Shown here: in pieces, positions 62,225-64,000 of the stretch | Layout of the letters: every line of letters starts with the position of its first letter | How positions within the stretch are numbered: the stretch's first letter is position 1 | Origin: Candidatus Enterousia sp. | GTDB lineage: Bacteria; Pseudomonadota; Alphaproteobacteria; Rs-D84 | Assembly: GCA_045114635.1 (NCBI GenBank) | Contig: JBGUKY010000021.1 | Coordinates: 6,100 to 70,099 of the forward strand | Length of the DNA stretch: 64,000 nt | Reading direction: 5' to 3' | The notes under the pieces: generated by a model | Told to the model about the DNA's origin: nothing | Seen by the model: only the letters and a program-made list of their open reading frames with translations | The model's database searches: none | Position numbers and translations under genes: made by a program

Positions 62225-62256
62225 AAAACACCGGCAAATGCCGGTGTTTTTATTTT
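62225..62256. terminator. Bidirectional intrinsic terminator between the hypothetical ORF pair and pheT.
   Basis: CACCGGCAAATGCCGGTG hairpin with an A7-run and a T-run. Confidence 0.65.
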
Positions 62257-62257
62257 G

Positions 62258-64000
62258 TTATGCACGCAATTTTGCGCCACATTTAGATTCTATATTTTTA
62301 ATTACTTTATCTTGTATCTCTAATAATTCCTTGTCAGACATATTGTGATCAGGATAAATAGTAATTGTGAACGCTATTGATTTTTGACCGTTACCCATAT
62401 CAAATGCATCAAATACAACAACGTCTGCGATATTTGAATCAGATGCAAATGCTGTGGCAACTATCTTTTGCGATTCAAAAACACCATCCATTACAAATGC
62501 AAAATCACGTGTAATCGGCATAAAATCTGTCAAAGGCATCTTTTTGTGCTTTGGATTTTTTGGTAAATCTTCGATATTTTCAACCAATGCGACAAATACT
62601 TTTGTTTTGATATGTAATTGTTTTGCAACACTTGGATGTAATTGACCAAATTCACCCAAAACTTTTTTACCCTGAACAATTTTACCATAAACATATGGGT
62701 GTGCCCAACGTGGTGCATTCGAAGAATCTATTGTGTATTTTTGATTTCCAAGTAATGATACCAAATCAGATTTAACATCAAAAACATCAATATTTCTGTT
62801 GCGTTTTTGCCAATGTTTAGGTGATGTTTCGCCACTGCGAACTATGCATAACGAAGTATGTTGTTCACCGGGTTTGTCGCCATCAAAAACAGTTCCGACT
62901 TCGAACATGTTCAAATCAGAAAAACCACGCTTTTCATTGTTAGATACAGCGATCAAAAGATTTCCCAACAGGTTATTTCTTGCCGTATCCAAATCAACAA
63001 TTATTGGATTTGCAACTTTGATAATTGGTTTATCTGTTAATAATTCTTCTACTTTGGAATTACCAAAACCAAAAGAAACATGTTCATTTAAACCACGCTT
63101 TGCTAATTTTTGTTTTAACGCCAAATTCATATCGTTATGAATCGCATTTATTGTTGTTGGTTGCAAATCTTTCAATCCAATTTTTTCATAACCATAAATG
63201 CGTATCAATTCAGAAATTATATTTTCAGGTATAACAATATCTGTTCTTTGTGGGTTTGGCGTAACAATCCAATTTTTACCATTTGCTTTTACATCAAAAT
63301 GTAATTTTTTCAAAATATCTTTTTGGATTTTTTCATCCAACTTTATACCTGTCTTTTGTTCAAATATTGATGGATTATACACAACAGATTCTGGTGTATA
63401 AGACAAACGACCAGCACCCGTAACATTTACAATTTTACCACCACATTCATCCATTATGATTTTTGCAGCCAAAGATAAAGCACGCAATGTACCATCTGGA
63501 TTTATACCACGTTCATATCTGTATGAAGAGTCTGTAGATATGCCATATCTTTTTGCTGTTTTACGAATAAACACAGGATCAAAATACGCAGATTCCAAGA
63601 TAATATTTCTTGTTTTATCAGTTGTTGATGCACGCATACCGCCGACAACACCTGCCAATGCTAAAATACCCGCATCATCTGTTATAACCAAATCTTTATC
63701 ACACAATTCGTGTTCGTTTCCAAAAAGATCTGTGAACTTTTCACCATTTTTTGCCATACGAACAGTAATATCACCGATAATTTCATCCGCATCAAAACAA
63801 TGCATAGGTTGCGCCAAATCATAGCAAATATAATTAGTAGCATCTATTGGCGCATTCTTTGGATTAATACCGGCACTGCGCAAACGATTTTGAATCATTT
63901 GATTTGACGGCGCGTTTTTGATGCCTTCTATTTCACAAAAACGATATGTTGGACAAGCACCCGATGCCAAAAGATTTACTTTTCTTTTACCTTTTACTGC
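62258..64000 (-). CDS. pheT: Phenylalanine-tRNA ligase beta subunit, partial (N-terminus beyond the window end).
   Basis: B3/4 and B5 domains; C-terminal FDVY-type anticodon-binding domain; frame stays open to the window edge. Confidence 0.85.
   Translation of the reverse strand, partial: AVKGKRKVNLLASGACPTYRFCEIEGIKNAPSNQMIQNRLRSAGINPKNAPIDATNYICYDLAQPMHCFDADEIIGDITVRMAKNGEKFTDLFGNEHELCDKDLVITDDAGILALAGVVGGMRASTTDKTRNIILESAYFDPVFIRKTAKRYGISTDSSYRYERGINPDGTLRALSLAAKIIMDECGGKIVNVTGAGRLSYTPESVVYNPSIFEQKTGIKLDEKIQKDILKKLHFDVKANGKNWIVTPNPQRTDIVIPENIISELIRIYGYEKIGLKDLQPTTINAIHNDMNLALKQKLAKRGLNEHVSFGFGNSKVEELLTDKPIIKVANPIIVDLDTARNNLLGNLLIAVSNNEKRGFSDLNMFEVGTVFDGDKPGEQHTSLCIVRSGETSPKHWQKRNRNIDVFDVKSDLVSLLGNQKYTIDSSNAPRWAHPYVYGKIVQGKKVLGEFGQLHPSVAKQLHIKTKVFVALVENIEDLPKNPKHKKMPLTDFMPITRDFAFVMDGVFESQKIVATAFASDSNIADVVVFDAFDMGNGQKSIAFTITIYPDHNMSDKELLEIQDKVIKNIESKCGAKLRA

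Overview
This is a 64 kb chromosomal segment from an AT-rich bacterium, densely packed with housekeeping genes. Recognisable genes include dnaX, infB-nusA, pnp, parAB-rsmG, mutS-truB-rpsO, recF, a TolC-MacAB efflux set, accBC, yidD-rnpA, mreB, metG, queH, fabDG, mnmG, nth, ileS, pheT, an lptFG-family permease with lptD, surA-like and rlmN, plus three tRNAs (Val-TAC, Cys-GCA, Thr-CGT) and a second tRNA-Val (GAC). No transposase, integrase, IS element, prophage or CRISPR array was seen. Three lineage markers point to an alphaproteobacterium with a reduced and rearranged genome: a DUF4167 protein upstream of dnaX, a ZitP-type zinc-finger/DUF3426 protein, and an SspB-alpha-like adaptor, together with several broken canonical operons. 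This is an inference, not a database result. The most unusual content is at the left end (1-8723). There a minus-strand operon encodes three very large (400-450 aa) proteins with class-III (prepilin-type) signal peptides, followed by the ZitP-like pilus-polarity protein, a small secreted protein, rluD and a >930 aa cysteine-rich tandem-repeat secreted protein running off the window. A fourth, classical type IVa pilin-like gene with an OmpA-family lipoprotein sits immediately after dnaX. A second locus (22711-25112) encodes paralogous cysteine-rich repeat proteins that share an N-terminal 'MKNIF' signal peptide and a Cys-plus-glycine-zipper membrane module with the left-end proteins. Together these suggest an undescribed type IV filament or surface-protein system. 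A stereotyped CCGGCAAATGCCGG hairpin recurs as the intrinsic terminator between genes.
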